Shown here in pieces: positions 52,254-63,261 of a stretch of 64,000 nucleotides of DNA (position 1 is its first letter; every line of letters starts with the position of its first letter). Source of the DNA: a virus; IMG/VR virus record IMGVR_UViG_3300011113_000581, positions 24,134 through 88,133 of that record. One strand, given 5' to 3'. The translations under genes and the position numbers were made by a program. The notes below the pieces were generated by a model, which was not told the origin of the DNA, made no database searches, and saw only the letters and a list, made by a program, of their open reading frames with translations.

Positions 52254-53006
52254 ATGGCATATTACACGGAACGATCTGGTTTTACTGCTCCAAAGGGTAA
52301 AGGGGGGGTTGGTGCTGAATATCATATTGATTTAAAACTCTTAGCTTCTTTACCAATTGCTGAAAGAGTAAAAAAATTTGATGCTTTAGCTCAACAATAT
52401 CAAACTATTGGAAGAGAAATTGAGTTTTCTAATCCCGCAGTATCGGGTCGCCGCTGGAATCCCAATGCAAAACTTGATGAAAAAGTAGATTTATTAGAAC
52501 GTGCTGCAGGTGCACATAGTCATAGCCAGCATTCTGGTTGGCAATCTTTTGATTACTATGTTCCCTTTAAAGGAAAAAGTAGATTTGATAAAGGAGCGGT
52601 AGAAGACGCTTCTATTTACATTCCTGCTGTTGCAGGTGGAAAAGTACGCAGGGGATCTGGTGGTGGATATGGTTATTTTTCTGAATCTTTAGACCCAAGT
52701 GGAAAAGTTATTGCACGTGTTGGACACGGTAATATCGACAGACCAGAAGCAGGTGATGTAAATGTTTTGGGCTCTGCTCCGGAAGCCCCACAGCTTCCTG
52801 GTAGTACAACACAAGCAAGTAATGAAGATAGTGTTAATAAACTACTGGAAGCTCTTGGTATTGGTAAACAACCTACATTAAAAGATATGCTTGTATCGCA
52901 AGCATTAAATCAAGCTTTACAACGTAAACAAGAGATGTCAAGCTTCGCTAGTCTTCCTCAAGCAGGGTATATCTCCCCTCAACAAACAATGGAAATGTTT
53001 AGTTGA
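52254..53006 (+). CDS. possible M23-like peptidase
   Basis: GGGYGY...RVGH and upstream H/D residues; motifs degenerate. Confidence 0.35.
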   Translation: MAYYTERSGFTAPKGKGGVGAEYHIDLKLLASLPIAERVKKFDALAQQYQTIGREIEFSNPAVSGRRWNPNAKLDEKVDLLERAAGAHSHSQHSGWQSFDYYVPFKGKSRFDKGAVEDASIYIPAVAGGKVRRGSGGGYGYFSESLDPSGKVIARVGHGNIDRPEAGDVNVLGSAPEAPQLPGSTTQASNEDSVNKLLEALGIGKQPTLKDMLVSQALNQALQRKQEMSSFASLPQAGYISPQQTMEMFS

Positions 53007-53045
53007 TTGTTTGAATTTATAATGATAAGTAAATAGGTGTAGTTC

Positions 53046-53507
53046 GTGAAACTCAGTGACTTCGATAAAAGTAGAGTCAGGTACCACTTAGGTTACTATG
53101 TGGTATCCATTCCGGCGGGTGACTATGCCCGTTTGGAAGAAGCCATGAACACGGTTCCTGATTCATATTTTTACGACAAGATTATTATTCAAATCGGTCG
53201 TTGTGATACGGCTGAAAAGAAAACTGAAGTTGCAACCACACCTTCTACAAGGGTTGAAAACATTGCTGGTGACGTGGATCGTACTATTCGATCCAGCAAT
53301 GCCAAAGAAGCACTAAAGACTTGGGATGAGATTTATCTTTATGAGACAAATCGACTTGCCCATATTCTTTACGTTCCTAACTACAAAGATCCTTTCCAGG
53401 CTCGTTATCGTTACGAACGCTCTGGTGCTGAATTTATTCAGGCCATGCCTGGACCTGCTGACGTATCTGTTGGCTCAAATATTTTCTTAGCGGAGAACTA
53501 TCGGTAA
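53046..53507 (+). CDS. probable head-completion/adaptor protein
   Basis: Position and L..DK.RVRYHLGY N-terminus. Confidence 0.45.
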   Translation: MKLSDFDKSRVRYHLGYYVVSIPAGDYARLEEAMNTVPDSYFYDKIIIQIGRCDTAEKKTEVATTPSTRVENIAGDVDRTIRSSNAKEALKTWDEIYLYETNRLAHILYVPNYKDPFQARYRYERSGAEFIQAMPGPADVSVGSNIFLAENYR

Positions 53508-54316
53508 TGTGGCCTTTTCTTTCTGGATTAGCGGGTTCGGCTGTACTTCCAGCAATCGATTTTATTACTAGCAACGCTGTTTTAAGCGATCGTGGGATCA
53601 TTAACGCATCTAAACGCAGTTTAAAAGATCGTCCAATTATTAACCCTTCTTTTAACCGACCTGATTATTCTGGTGCTGGTGAGCGGGCTCGTCGATTTCA
53701 AGAATACCGTTTAGGTACTGAGATCCCTGGGTCACAAGCAGGCTATGCTAAACGTTTAGTGCAAGAGCCGACAACTTTTGCTTCTGTTGATACACCAATT
53801 CAACGTGCAGAAAGACAAGAACGTTCACGTATTGCTCAGTTAACAGAACAAGATCCTCTATTTAAAAAGTATCGTGTTGCTGAATTAACTAAAGCGTACA
53901 ACACTGCTAGTCCAGAAGGTAAAGAAAAGATTGGTCTAGAGATCTGGGCCACTACTAACCCACAGTTGGCACAAAAACTGAAACCCGGTCAGCTTGGTTA
54001 TACACAAGCAACTTCTGCTGTTATGTCCCAAAGTCCCTTGGGGCAATTCCAGGCTCAGACTGGTGACATGCAGTATGCCAATAAAATGGATCAAGTACCA
54101 GCAGCAATGGCTGGATTCCAACCGCAAACTCCGCTTACTGGTATCCCAACTCCAGCAGCCCCTCAGATTGGTGTTTCTGAAGCCTTTGCCAAATCAACTC
54201 CAATCCCTGGCGCAACAGAGATGTTCACCGATCCACGTAAGTTTCTTAGTCAAGAAGAACTTAGTCAGACTCAACTTGCTCTTCTCAAGAAAGCGTTTGA
54301 AAGTCGCCTTAAATAG
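53507..54316 (+). CDS. hypothetical protein
   Basis: Coupled ORF. Confidence 0.6.
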   Translation: MWPFLSGLAGSAVLPAIDFITSNAVLSDRGIINASKRSLKDRPIINPSFNRPDYSGAGERARRFQEYRLGTEIPGSQAGYAKRLVQEPTTFASVDTPIQRAERQERSRIAQLTEQDPLFKKYRVAELTKAYNTASPEGKEKIGLEIWATTNPQLAQKLKPGQLGYTQATSAVMSQSPLGQFQAQTGDMQYANKMDQVPAAMAGFQPQTPLTGIPTPAAPQIGVSEAFAKSTPIPGATEMFTDPRKFLSQEELSQTQLALLKKAFESRLK

Positions 54317-54551
54317 CCCTTTGGTAAACTAGGGTTACTTGGCACCACACCTGTGGGTAAGTCCACCAACTGGATAACGGATCCTTGGATCTACGGAGGC
54401 CAGTGTTGTTGCATTAACCTAATGATTCTCTGCCGTAATTTCGTCCGTCGACTGACTGCCAAACTGAGTTTAATTGCAGCTCTTCAAACAGTCTTTGTTC
54501 CCGGTCTCAAGGCAGATTCAAATTGGGTAGGAGAATAAGGTAAAAACTGAA

Positions 54552-55262
54552 ATGGCACCCTTTACTGTTCAACAACGTTTTGGACTTAAGCCAGAAGAAC
54601 TTAACGCTCTGACAGTTCTATCTGGACTTGAAGGATATCGCGGTCCAGGGAGTACTGATCCCGCTGCTGTTACCGCAAGCACTCTTCAACGTCGATTGAG
54701 CGGTAAGTGGGGTGGAAAAGATATTCGCAATATTGCTACAGCACCAGGGCAATTTGCTGCGATTTTGGATCGTGGCATCAATATGCAACAACTTGGCGAC
54801 CCTGCTTTTGGCGCCAAAATCTTAGGAGGTAAATCAGAGTTTGATCGTATTCAGGCAATGATTAACAACCCTGATATTGTGCGATCTCACATGGGAAAAG
54901 TGGGCGAATCTTTCCGCGCACTTTCGGCAGGTCCTAAAAAAGGAGACTATATTCCTGTCCCTGGTCGTAGTAATTTTTATTTTAATCAAGATCCCGCTAT
55001 TGCCAAACGAGGCAATCAATTATTAGAAGGCGCTCCATCAGCACCTCCTCTTCCTCCCACTACAACTGCATCCAAACCCGTTGAAAAAGGTAATGGGCTT
55101 GGTGCCAGCATTTTAAATCTGATTAAGAATACAGGTCTTGGTACCATGTTTCGTCCACAAAGTGCTCTCCCTGGTTACGACGAAATTCTAGGTATTACCT
55201 CTGATCCTCAGGCTTATCTTCAAGCGTTTGCAAATCGTCTAATGGAAGGGGAAGAAGTCTGA
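54552..55262 (+). CDS. cell-wall hydrolase (SleB/Hydrolase_2-like)
   Basis: L...SGLEG..G...AAV....R..SGKWG..I..I...PGQF. Confidence 0.6.
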   Translation: MAPFTVQQRFGLKPEELNALTVLSGLEGYRGPGSTDPAAVTASTLQRRLSGKWGGKDIRNIATAPGQFAAILDRGINMQQLGDPAFGAKILGGKSEFDRIQAMINNPDIVRSHMGKVGESFRALSAGPKKGDYIPVPGRSNFYFNQDPAIAKRGNQLLEGAPSAPPLPPTTTASKPVEKGNGLGASILNLIKNTGLGTMFRPQSALPGYDEILGITSDPQAYLQAFANRLMEGEEV

Positions 55263-55519
55263 TGGCTAGGTTTTCTGAATACGTTGATTCTGCTTATTTG
55301 CCTGGAGAAATTCGATCTTCTGGCTTGAGTGATTACCAATTGTATCCTCAGCTAAGAAGCGATTACATGGAGAAAAAACTGTGGAAGTTTCAACCTAAAG
55401 AAGATAATACAGGTGATCTTTTCCAGCAGTTTTTAGCATTACAAAACAACCCAGAGGCTTTAATGCCTAAATTACCAAACACGCCTTTTGGCAATTTAAG
55501 TTCTTACATGGGTGCTTAA
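55262..55519 (+). CDS. hypothetical protein
   Basis: Coupled ORF. Confidence 0.55.
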   Translation: MARFSEYVDSAYLPGEIRSSGLSDYQLYPQLRSDYMEKKLWKFQPKEDNTGDLFQQFLALQNNPEALMPKLPNTPFGNLSSYMGA

Positions 55520-55555
55520 TTCGCCTATAATTAAAAATAAAAGTTAAGCAAGTAA

Positions 55556-56338
55556 ATGTCCTCTACAAGTTCAAACAAGTCCCCCGTCTTCGTAGACCGC
55601 CCGCTTTACGATTCGGTTCGCGTAACTACTCAAATTGCTGGTAGCGCAACTGCAAATACTTTATTTGTACAGGGTGGTCAGGTCCCAGCAATTCTTGTGG
55701 ACATGGACGCCACTCTTAGCGAAGACAATAACAGTGGTGGTGTTATTGACTCTGTAAAAATTGTCCGTAATGATTTTTATCGTGCCGCTGACTACACCGT
55801 TAGTGCTGCTACTTCGGGAACCGTTATCTCATTTGTAAGTGGACAAGTCGTTAATATTTCTGCTACAGGTGTACTCACTGGTAGTGGTGCTGCAAGTGGG
55901 GTTGGTTATTACACTTATACTGGCGCAACCACTCTTACAGGGGTGAACACAGCTCTCCACTATTCAGGTGGACTGGCTAATGGTTTTACATATAACGGTG
56001 TTAACTACGGTAATCAACCATCAGTAACTTTTGTGTTTTACCACACTCGTGGCACAACGCAACCAGTTCCCGCTTCTGGTGATTACAAGGTCGTGTTCGC
56101 CAAAACTGTCCCTGGTAATACACAAGAAGTTGATTGCTCCGATGTAATGCCCGTCATTGCCACTCCTGCGATGTCCGCAGGCAACACTACAGGGCTCGGC
56201 AACACGGCTCCGCTACGCAATAAGGGTGTGTACCTGGAACGAGGCGACAGGCTGTATGTAGGCGTCTTCCCGGACGGTCCCAACATCTCTGGCTACATCC
56301 CTGGTGCACACATTATTGCTCAAGGTGGTTTCTTCTAA
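55556..56338 (+). CDS. probable tail/virion structural protein
   Basis: T/G/V-rich beta-type composition. Confidence 0.55.
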   Translation: MSSTSSNKSPVFVDRPLYDSVRVTTQIAGSATANTLFVQGGQVPAILVDMDATLSEDNNSGGVIDSVKIVRNDFYRAADYTVSAATSGTVISFVSGQVVNISATGVLTGSGAASGVGYYTYTGATTLTGVNTALHYSGGLANGFTYNGVNYGNQPSVTFVFYHTRGTTQPVPASGDYKVVFAKTVPGNTQEVDCSDVMPVIATPAMSAGNTTGLGNTAPLRNKGVYLERGDRLYVGVFPDGPNISGYIPGAHIIAQGGFF

Positions 56339-56341
56339 GTT

Positions 56342-58009
56342 ATGGCAGCAAAAAGTGGTAGTAGCTTTGGTACCTTTGGAGATGAAAAACGATTTAATGT
56401 TAAAGGTGTTCAACCAATAACAACAGAATTCTCCAGGGGTTCTGTTCCTTATTCCATCTATACAGCAAACAGAGAATCTGCTTGGACTAGATGGAGAAAA
56501 GGTTACGAGCTAGCTACTGCAACATCGTATACAAATAATTTTTCTTACCGTTTCAAGTATACAGTTCCTTTCCCAGAAGGATTTTTGCCCCCTGGAACTG
56601 AGTACCCAGATATCCTTGGTTATTTTCAAGGCTTTCCAACAAGAAATAAAGAGTTCCGAGTCCATTGGGCAGCAAAGAAAACACCTGGCAGCGTACGGTT
56701 TGATCAACTCAAGGCATACGTTGCACTGCTTAATGTTTATTCTTTTGATCGACCATCTTTTAGCGAATTAAACGTCGGTCAATTTTTTGATGACGATACA
56801 AATGTTGAATCGATAGATGCATATATTGCCTCCATAACAGAAGATGCTGATTACTGGTATGTAAAACTAAACGGCCTCTGGAGCACGGCAAACAAACTTC
56901 CTCCTCCGTTATATGTAAATTTAGGATCTGGGTTAGAAGGATTAAAAGCATTAAACGGAGAAGTTTTAGAAGATCGTATCCTTGTAAAAAATGGAACAAT
57001 AATTGATCGTGACAGCATTAACCCTGAAACTCAAACAAGATATGGCTATGTTCAGGCTGTAGTTGTAGACACCGATGAAGACACGGGCATAATTAAATTA
57101 AAAAAAGCTGGATCAGTAGAAGCAACTCCTGATCGTATATTAGTTAGCCCTGCAACTAGGCCGCCTTCTATTGGTAGATATTTTATTACCGGCCCAAGAT
57201 ACTGCTGCACGTGCCAAGACTTTACGCATCGTGATTACAGCTATTTACTTAATCTAGGCGCCGGAAACAAACGTGCTTTCCCCAGGTCAACAGTATCTAA
57301 CGTAAAGCCTGGACGCCATGAGCTGTTAAAAAATCTTGGCATTATTGATAACGCCATGATGACAGATGCAGATGTTAACCGTATTTTGCAGATTATTGCC
57401 CCTGGTGAAGACTATACACTTGCCGATACTATTACTACAGAGAACATTGTTGATTTACTTTCAGCCAGAGATAGTCCTGGCGTGTTCAAAGAATTTGGCT
57501 CTACTTATTTAAGGTCTACTTCAGATCCAGGGCTCACTGGATCCAAGGCTGAAGGCATGCCTGGATACAATGACTATTCTTCTGTAACTGTTCAAACCGA
57601 TGGAAACTCTATTCCTCAGATTGAAATAACATCATTAACTGATATTTGGACTCCCGTGTTAGATGAGATGCGTTACTGCAAACACATTTATGCAATGCGT
57701 TTTCAAGACGATGTGTTCCCGCCAGAGCCATCAGATTTTCCTGTTGAAAACGGTAGCATGACAAGGTGGGAACAAGATCTTGTTGAATCAACAGAAAAAG
57801 ATCAAAGGAAAAAATTACGCAAGCTTTCAGAAGAGACCTTGACTTACATGGATGTACCGCCATATAACAGTCAAGCGCAAAACATGCAACCAATGCTTCA
57901 GCGTCTTTTTAACATCCCGCTAACTTATATAAAAATTGATGGTTTTACCATGTACGATAAAAATGGAAATACGTACAATCCATCTGCAGGCGAAAGACCG
58001 GCAACCTAA
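56342..58009 (+). CDS. hypothetical protein with a split SWIM-like Zn motif
   Basis: YCCTCQDF ... YCKHIYA. Confidence 0.55.
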   Translation: MAAKSGSSFGTFGDEKRFNVKGVQPITTEFSRGSVPYSIYTANRESAWTRWRKGYELATATSYTNNFSYRFKYTVPFPEGFLPPGTEYPDILGYFQGFPTRNKEFRVHWAAKKTPGSVRFDQLKAYVALLNVYSFDRPSFSELNVGQFFDDDTNVESIDAYIASITEDADYWYVKLNGLWSTANKLPPPLYVNLGSGLEGLKALNGEVLEDRILVKNGTIIDRDSINPETQTRYGYVQAVVVDTDEDTGIIKLKKAGSVEATPDRILVSPATRPPSIGRYFITGPRYCCTCQDFTHRDYSYLLNLGAGNKRAFPRSTVSNVKPGRHELLKNLGIIDNAMMTDADVNRILQIIAPGEDYTLADTITTENIVDLLSARDSPGVFKEFGSTYLRSTSDPGLTGSKAEGMPGYNDYSSVTVQTDGNSIPQIEITSLTDIWTPVLDEMRYCKHIYAMRFQDDVFPPEPSDFPVENGSMTRWEQDLVESTEKDQRKKLRKLSEETLTYMDVPPYNSQAQNMQPMLQRLFNIPLTYIKIDGFTMYDKNGNTYNPSAGERPAT

Positions 58010-58048
58010 AGCAAGCTATTTTAAAATAAAACTAAAGAGTGAAAAAAA

Positions 58049-60292
58049 GTGTTAATCCTTGGTTCAACTTCTGATTTAATTCAAGTTGTTACTTCAAGTG
58101 CAACTTTGATTGAAGTGCATGCTTCATATGTTGATAACAATAGTGGCGTTATTGGACCGCAAAGAAAAAACACACTTATTGTATCGGCAACAACAACAAC
58201 AATTGTTAGTCCGCCCGCCGAAAATATTCAACGAAACGTAAGGACTCTTTATTTTAAGAATGAGTCTGGATCAACAACAAACATTCTGGACGTTCAACAT
58301 ACAGATGGTGTTAATACCAGTACTATCTGGGAAGGACCCCTGGAACCTGGTGAAGAACTTGTATTAGATCAGGAAGGAAATTGGAGCGTTCATGCTTCAA
58401 ATGGATTAGAAAAAGTTTATGCCATGATCGGTCCAACGGGACCAACCGGCCCTAGTGGTGGACCAACAGGTGCAACCGGACCTCAAGGTACAACCGGTCC
58501 TACAGGTGCTACAGGTCCACAGGGATCCACTGGCGCCACTGGTGTACAAGGTGCTACTGGGCCGCAGGGATCTACAGGTATTCAAGGATCCACAGGGGCT
58601 ATTGGTATCACTGGCGCTACAGGGCCACAGGGCTCGACTGGGATACAAGGTGCTACAGGAGCAGCTGGCCCCACTGGGGCAACAGGAGTTGTTGGTGCTA
58701 CAGGCATTCAAGGCCCCACTGGAGCACAAGGAACTACTGGAGCAACAGGAGCAACGGGTGTTGGCATTACAGGAGCAACCGGAGTCTCTGGCGCCACAGG
58801 GGCCACTGGACCACAGGGGTATTCGTCTAGTTTGTTTAAGTACACAACCAATACAGGAGCAACAAGCGGCAACCCAGGTGCGGGTTATTTGCTGTGGAAC
58901 AACTTAACACAAACAAGTTCTACGCAAATTATTATTAACCACCTTACAAATGACAATGTTGACATCGATATTTTTCTTGCACAGATAGCAAACACTGAAG
59001 TCATTACTATTCAAGATCAAAGCAATAGCTCTAATTATCAAACTTGGACTGTTAATGGCACTCCAACAAATACTAATCCGGGAACAGTAAACAGTTACTG
59101 GACATACCCGGTTACTCTTTCTGGTTCCGGTGGTACCGGCGCAACTAATTTTTCAAATAACCAGGCAGTTTTTCTAGCTATTATTAGCGGTCCACAAGGA
59201 GCGACTGGCCCTACTGGTGCAAGTGGGGTAACTGGCCCTACAGGTGCTACGGGAACTCAAGGTCCCACTGGAGCAAATGGATCTCAAGGTGCCACGGGAG
59301 TACAAGGCGCTACTGGAGTACAAGGCGCTACTGGCCCTACTGGCGTCAATGGGGCAACAGGCATACAGGGACCTACTGGTACACAAGGTGCTACAGGTGC
59401 CACTGGTGTTAATGGAGCTACAGGCATTCAAGGCCCCACTGGAGCTACCGGCGTTGATGGCGCCACAGGGATACAAGGGGCTACTGGAGCAACTGGTGTA
59501 CAAGGTTCTACAGGTATTCAAGGACCTACTGGAGCAACCGGTGTACAAGGAGCAACCGGTGTGCAAGGTGCTACTGGAGCAACAGGCCCCCAGGGAGCCA
59601 CTGGTGTAGGAAGCGCATTCACTGGTGGAACACTAACAAGTAATTTGACATTAGCGGCGGGGACTACATCACTCTCGCCGTTGACATTTCAGTCAGGCAC
59701 TAACTTAACAACTGCAACTGCCGGAGTTTTTGAATACGACGGCAAGGTTTTTTACAGCACACCCGCAGGCCGTGGCGTGTCGCCATCGATGATGGTCTAC
59801 CGTTTGAACAGTACACGTACAGGCACTAATAATACCGCCCTTACTTCAATCTTTGGAGTTGGTGTAAGCCTACAAGCATCTACTGTTTATGCATTTGAAA
59901 TGCGTTTAGTAATGCGAAAAACTGTCGGTACAACTAGTCATGATATACGATTGCAAATGAGCAGCAGTTCCGCCCTTGGAACTATTTGGTATACGGGAGT
60001 TTCTTCAACGTTTGCTTCTCCCAGCACTTCTGGCAATAGCAGCACTACAGTTTCTTTCTATGGTGCAACCGAAGGTAACGTTACAATTTTGTCTGGTATT
60101 ACTACGGCCAATATACAAGTTCAATGCTCACTTCAAGGTAATTTTGATACCGGTTCGGCTACAACGTTCACACCGTCTTACACTTTGTCTGCCGCCCCCG
60201 GTGGTGCATATACTACTCAAGTTGGCACTTATTTTGCCATCTGGCCCATCGGTGCTGCTGGCGCCAACACTTCCGTCGGACCCTGGGCATAA
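58049..60292 (+). CDS. collagen-like tail fibre/spike
   Basis: Two long (Gly-X-Y)n blocks dominated by GAT/GPT/GxQ. Confidence 0.85.
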   Translation: MLILGSTSDLIQVVTSSATLIEVHASYVDNNSGVIGPQRKNTLIVSATTTTIVSPPAENIQRNVRTLYFKNESGSTTNILDVQHTDGVNTSTIWEGPLEPGEELVLDQEGNWSVHASNGLEKVYAMIGPTGPTGPSGGPTGATGPQGTTGPTGATGPQGSTGATGVQGATGPQGSTGIQGSTGAIGITGATGPQGSTGIQGATGAAGPTGATGVVGATGIQGPTGAQGTTGATGATGVGITGATGVSGATGATGPQGYSSSLFKYTTNTGATSGNPGAGYLLWNNLTQTSSTQIIINHLTNDNVDIDIFLAQIANTEVITIQDQSNSSNYQTWTVNGTPTNTNPGTVNSYWTYPVTLSGSGGTGATNFSNNQAVFLAIISGPQGATGPTGASGVTGPTGATGTQGPTGANGSQGATGVQGATGVQGATGPTGVNGATGIQGPTGTQGATGATGVNGATGIQGPTGATGVDGATGIQGATGATGVQGSTGIQGPTGATGVQGATGVQGATGATGPQGATGVGSAFTGGTLTSNLTLAAGTTSLSPLTFQSGTNLTTATAGVFEYDGKVFYSTPAGRGVSPSMMVYRLNSTRTGTNNTALTSIFGVGVSLQASTVYAFEMRLVMRKTVGTTSHDIRLQMSSSSALGTIWYTGVSSTFASPSTSGNSSTTVSFYGATEGNVTILSGITTANIQVQCSLQGNFDTGSATTFTPSYTLSAAPGGAYTTQVGTYFAIWPIGAAGANTSVGPWA

Positions 60293-60332
60293 CTTAATTT
60301 AGTTGCTATAGTCAAGCAACTGGCCAAAAGTT

Positions 60333-61946
60333 ATGCGGCTCCATTTGCTTGGCTTGTTTCATACCAAAACAAGCATTGCCTATTCTCACTGTGCTTTCAC
60401 AGGTAAAGTCTTGCGTTTTTCCAAGATGATGCAAGCCTATGGTTATGAGGTAATTGAGTACTCCAATGAAGGAAGTGAATCGTCAGCAGATAAACATGTC
60501 GCAATGCTGACAAACGGTGAATTCAATTCACTGTACGGCAAAAGAAAAGAAGTGGATTTTCACGGTGATGATGCCACGGTAGGGAGCAAAGGTCACACTT
60601 TGTTTGAAGAACGCTTAATACCTGCCTTAAAAGAAAATTTAGAAAAAGAAGATATAATCTGTCATCCATTTGGCCATGCACATAGCCGTTTGCTGACTGA
60701 ATTTCCTGAGCACCAACACGTTGAAACAGGCATTGGTTATCCAACGCTGATGCCAAATAGCTTTCGCATTTTTGAAAGTTATGCCTGGATGCATTACCAC
60801 CAAGGTAAAGAAAACAGGCAAGGTAAAAACTATGAATGGGTTGTTCCTAATTACTTTGATTTAGATGATTGGGAACCATCTTACGAGCCTGGTAAGTACC
60901 TTGCTTTTCTCGGTCGCATCTGTTCTGCCAAAGGATTAGACACAATCAAAGAAATTGCCAACTACAGCCCCTGGCCAATCATCTTACATGGACAAGGAGA
61001 TCCAACCCCCTGGAGCCACCCAAACATTGAATACCGTGGGCCTATTACCGGCAAAGCACGTTCTGAATTTCTACGCAACGCACGTGCAGCACTAATGCCA
61101 ACAAACTTTACCGAACCATTTGGCGGCAGTGGTGTGGAAGCCATGCTGTGCGGTACACCGTTAATCGCAGTTGACTACGGTGCGTTCACAGAAACAGTTA
61201 TTGATGGTGTCACGGGATTTCGTTGTCATACACTCCAGGATTGGGTTGATGCAATCCATCGTGTTGATAATCTTAGCCGAGAAGTGATTACTAATACCGC
61301 ACGCTCTAAGTACAGTTTGGAAGCTTGCGGTAAAAAATACAACAAAATTTTTAAAGATATTAATAATTTATGGAAAAAAGGCTGGTACGAGATGCCAGAG
61401 AGTGACAAATTAAATTTTACTTACATTCATAATGAAGAGCAGCCGTTTGCCAAGCGGTTAAGTAAGTGGATTTCTGATGTTCTTAAGCCGAGCAAGATTC
61501 TTGATATTGGCTGCGGTCCTGGGACTTATGTAGAGGAAATGCGGAAACAAGGACTAGAGGCATTTGGTTATGACATAGATGAACGTGTCAATGGTAAGAG
61601 ATATCTTACTCAGCAAAACTTATTTGAAATCACAGACACTGGTGATGCTGCCATTTGTTTAGAAGTGGCTGAACACATTGAACAGTCAAAAAGTAAAGGA
61701 ATTACAGAGGCGTTAATCAATTGCTTGACTCCAGGGGGCATTTTAATTTGGAGTGCGGCTGCCCCTGGCCAAGGAGGCGTTGGGCATATAAATTGCCAAC
61801 CAAAAGAGTACTGGGAGAAATTATTTTTAAAACTATCTGTTACGCGGCTATTTGAAATGGAAGAAATTTTACTGGCATACATTAAAAATGGCTACCACAT
61901 GGGTTGGTTTGCAAAAAATTTCATGATATTTAAAAAAGCAGCTTGA
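60333..61946 (+). CDS. GT4 glycosyltransferase fused to a class I SAM methyltransferase
   Basis: FLGRI..KG, EPFG...VEAMLCGTPLI; C-terminal ILDIGCGPG, CLEVAEHI. Confidence 0.85.
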   Translation: MRLHLLGLFHTKTSIAYSHCAFTGKVLRFSKMMQAYGYEVIEYSNEGSESSADKHVAMLTNGEFNSLYGKRKEVDFHGDDATVGSKGHTLFEERLIPALKENLEKEDIICHPFGHAHSRLLTEFPEHQHVETGIGYPTLMPNSFRIFESYAWMHYHQGKENRQGKNYEWVVPNYFDLDDWEPSYEPGKYLAFLGRICSAKGLDTIKEIANYSPWPIILHGQGDPTPWSHPNIEYRGPITGKARSEFLRNARAALMPTNFTEPFGGSGVEAMLCGTPLIAVDYGAFTETVIDGVTGFRCHTLQDWVDAIHRVDNLSREVITNTARSKYSLEACGKKYNKIFKDINNLWKKGWYEMPESDKLNFTYIHNEEQPFAKRLSKWISDVLKPSKILDIGCGPGTYVEEMRKQGLEAFGYDIDERVNGKRYLTQQNLFEITDTGDAAICLEVAEHIEQSKSKGITEALINCLTPGGILIWSAAAPGQGGVGHINCQPKEYWEKLFLKLSVTRLFEMEEILLAYIKNGYHMGWFAKNFMIFKKAA

Positions 61947-61985
61947 TACCACACTTGGTAAACTGATAGCAATGGACGTTTTGAA

Positions 61986-62330
61986 ATGAGTTTTTTTGAA
62001 GGTTATCAGCAAACGCTGTTTTTCTACCCAGATACTTTATGCATTCCTGGCGTGACTAAGGCGTATGACGTTTATACAATCAACTATTTATCTACAAGAA
62101 ATTACACTTTAATGGTAACCGTTCAAGATATTGATACCAGTGTTGTAGTGAGACTGGAAGGAAGTATGGACGGTGTTAATTATGGAGCCATGATCTCCAA
62201 CACCATTACAGCTAATGGTGTGTATGCGTACAATGTTTATGGATTTCCTGTTAAAAAAATTCGAGCAAATTTTTTAAAAGAAACGGGTGGCAACAATGCA
62301 CGAGTTACCTTTCAAATTGCAGCTAACTAA
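61986..62330 (+). CDS. hypothetical beta-sandwich virion protein
   Basis: VVVRLEGSMDGVNY motif. Confidence 0.55.
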   Translation: MSFFEGYQQTLFFYPDTLCIPGVTKAYDVYTINYLSTRNYTLMVTVQDIDTSVVVRLEGSMDGVNYGAMISNTITANGVYAYNVYGFPVKKIRANFLKETGGNNARVTFQIAAN

Positions 62331-63121
62331 ATCAAGCTCCAGCTTCGCCACCATTTGGTAATCACATACTTATTCCCACTTACTGGGGGGTATGCTTCGT
62401 GCATTGTTTTTAAGTTAGGGAGACCATTTTTATAAAGGTTGTTCCACGCCAATAAAAATCCTTTTTGCGGCTTAACCTTCAATTTTAAATGTTTAAAAAA
62501 GGTTTCTCCCCCGGTTTCAACATCATTTAAGTAAACCATGGTGCTCCAGGTTCGTTGACCCATCCATTCGCAATAGATGCGATTTTCTGGTGTACCTGGC
62601 ATGAAGAAATCCCAATGCTCTCTGTAGTATTGCCCTGGCTCATAACGTTGAGCTTGCATGGTTTCACCTAAAAATGGCTCCAACCCCATGTAATCGGATA
62701 TTTTTCGATCAACGTTTAAAAATAAAGGAGAATCAAAATAGTGAAGGTCAGCTGTCTTGCTTGTTCGATAATCGGAGACTACGCAAGAATCTGCAGGATC
62801 AGAAACGGTAGAAGGTCTGGCCTTGTCATCAATATATTCAATAAGTTGATTGCATTCTGCAGAAGATAAAAAATCTTTACAAATGTAAATTTGCGTAAAT
62901 GGGTAGTAAATTTGTTCCGCTTTTTTTGTAATAGGTAGCTTATGGAAATATCTATAATCGATTTGTTTAGGCTTTGCTTTGAATGCACATATGTTCATTA
63001 TATATTTAATTTGGCCATCGTCAAACCCATATTGCTCGCGAAACGACCTTATAGTTTGCGCTTTACTGACGCCCCCTACCGCCGCTTTCATGAAATCTTT
63101 CACGTGGTCTGTGGTAACCAT
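62327..63121 (-). CDS. prolyl 4-hydroxylase-like 2OG-Fe(II) oxygenase
   Basis: QRYEPGQYYREHWDF (HxD), YLNDVETGGET, MHEA.P..SGNKYVITKW. Confidence 0.88.
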   Translation of the reverse strand: MVTTDHVKDFMKAAVGGVSKAQTIRSFREQYGFDDGQIKYIMNICAFKAKPKQIDYRYFHKLPITKKAEQIYYPFTQIYICKDFLSSAECNQLIEYIDDKARPSTVSDPADSCVVSDYRTSKTADLHYFDSPLFLNVDRKISDYMGLEPFLGETMQAQRYEPGQYYREHWDFFMPGTPENRIYCEWMGQRTWSTMVYLNDVETGGETFFKHLKLKVKPQKGFLLAWNNLYKNGLPNLKTMHEAYPPVSGNKYVITKWWRSWSLI

Positions 63122-63261
63122 TTTTATAGCTGTATTGTTAGTACAATGTATTAGTTCTGCAGAAAAAACACAAGTGGAAATCTTGGTTTTAACATTTGCT
63201 GTTGTTTTCGGCGGCATTTACGGCATCAGCTCTGCTTTTCTGGCACATACCTGTACATACC

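Noticed and set aside
58406-59609. Alternative-frame and antisense ORFs in the fibre gene; possible DGR
   Set aside because: Artefacts of the Gly-X-Y repeats; no reverse transcriptase or adenine-specific TR/VR pair was seen.
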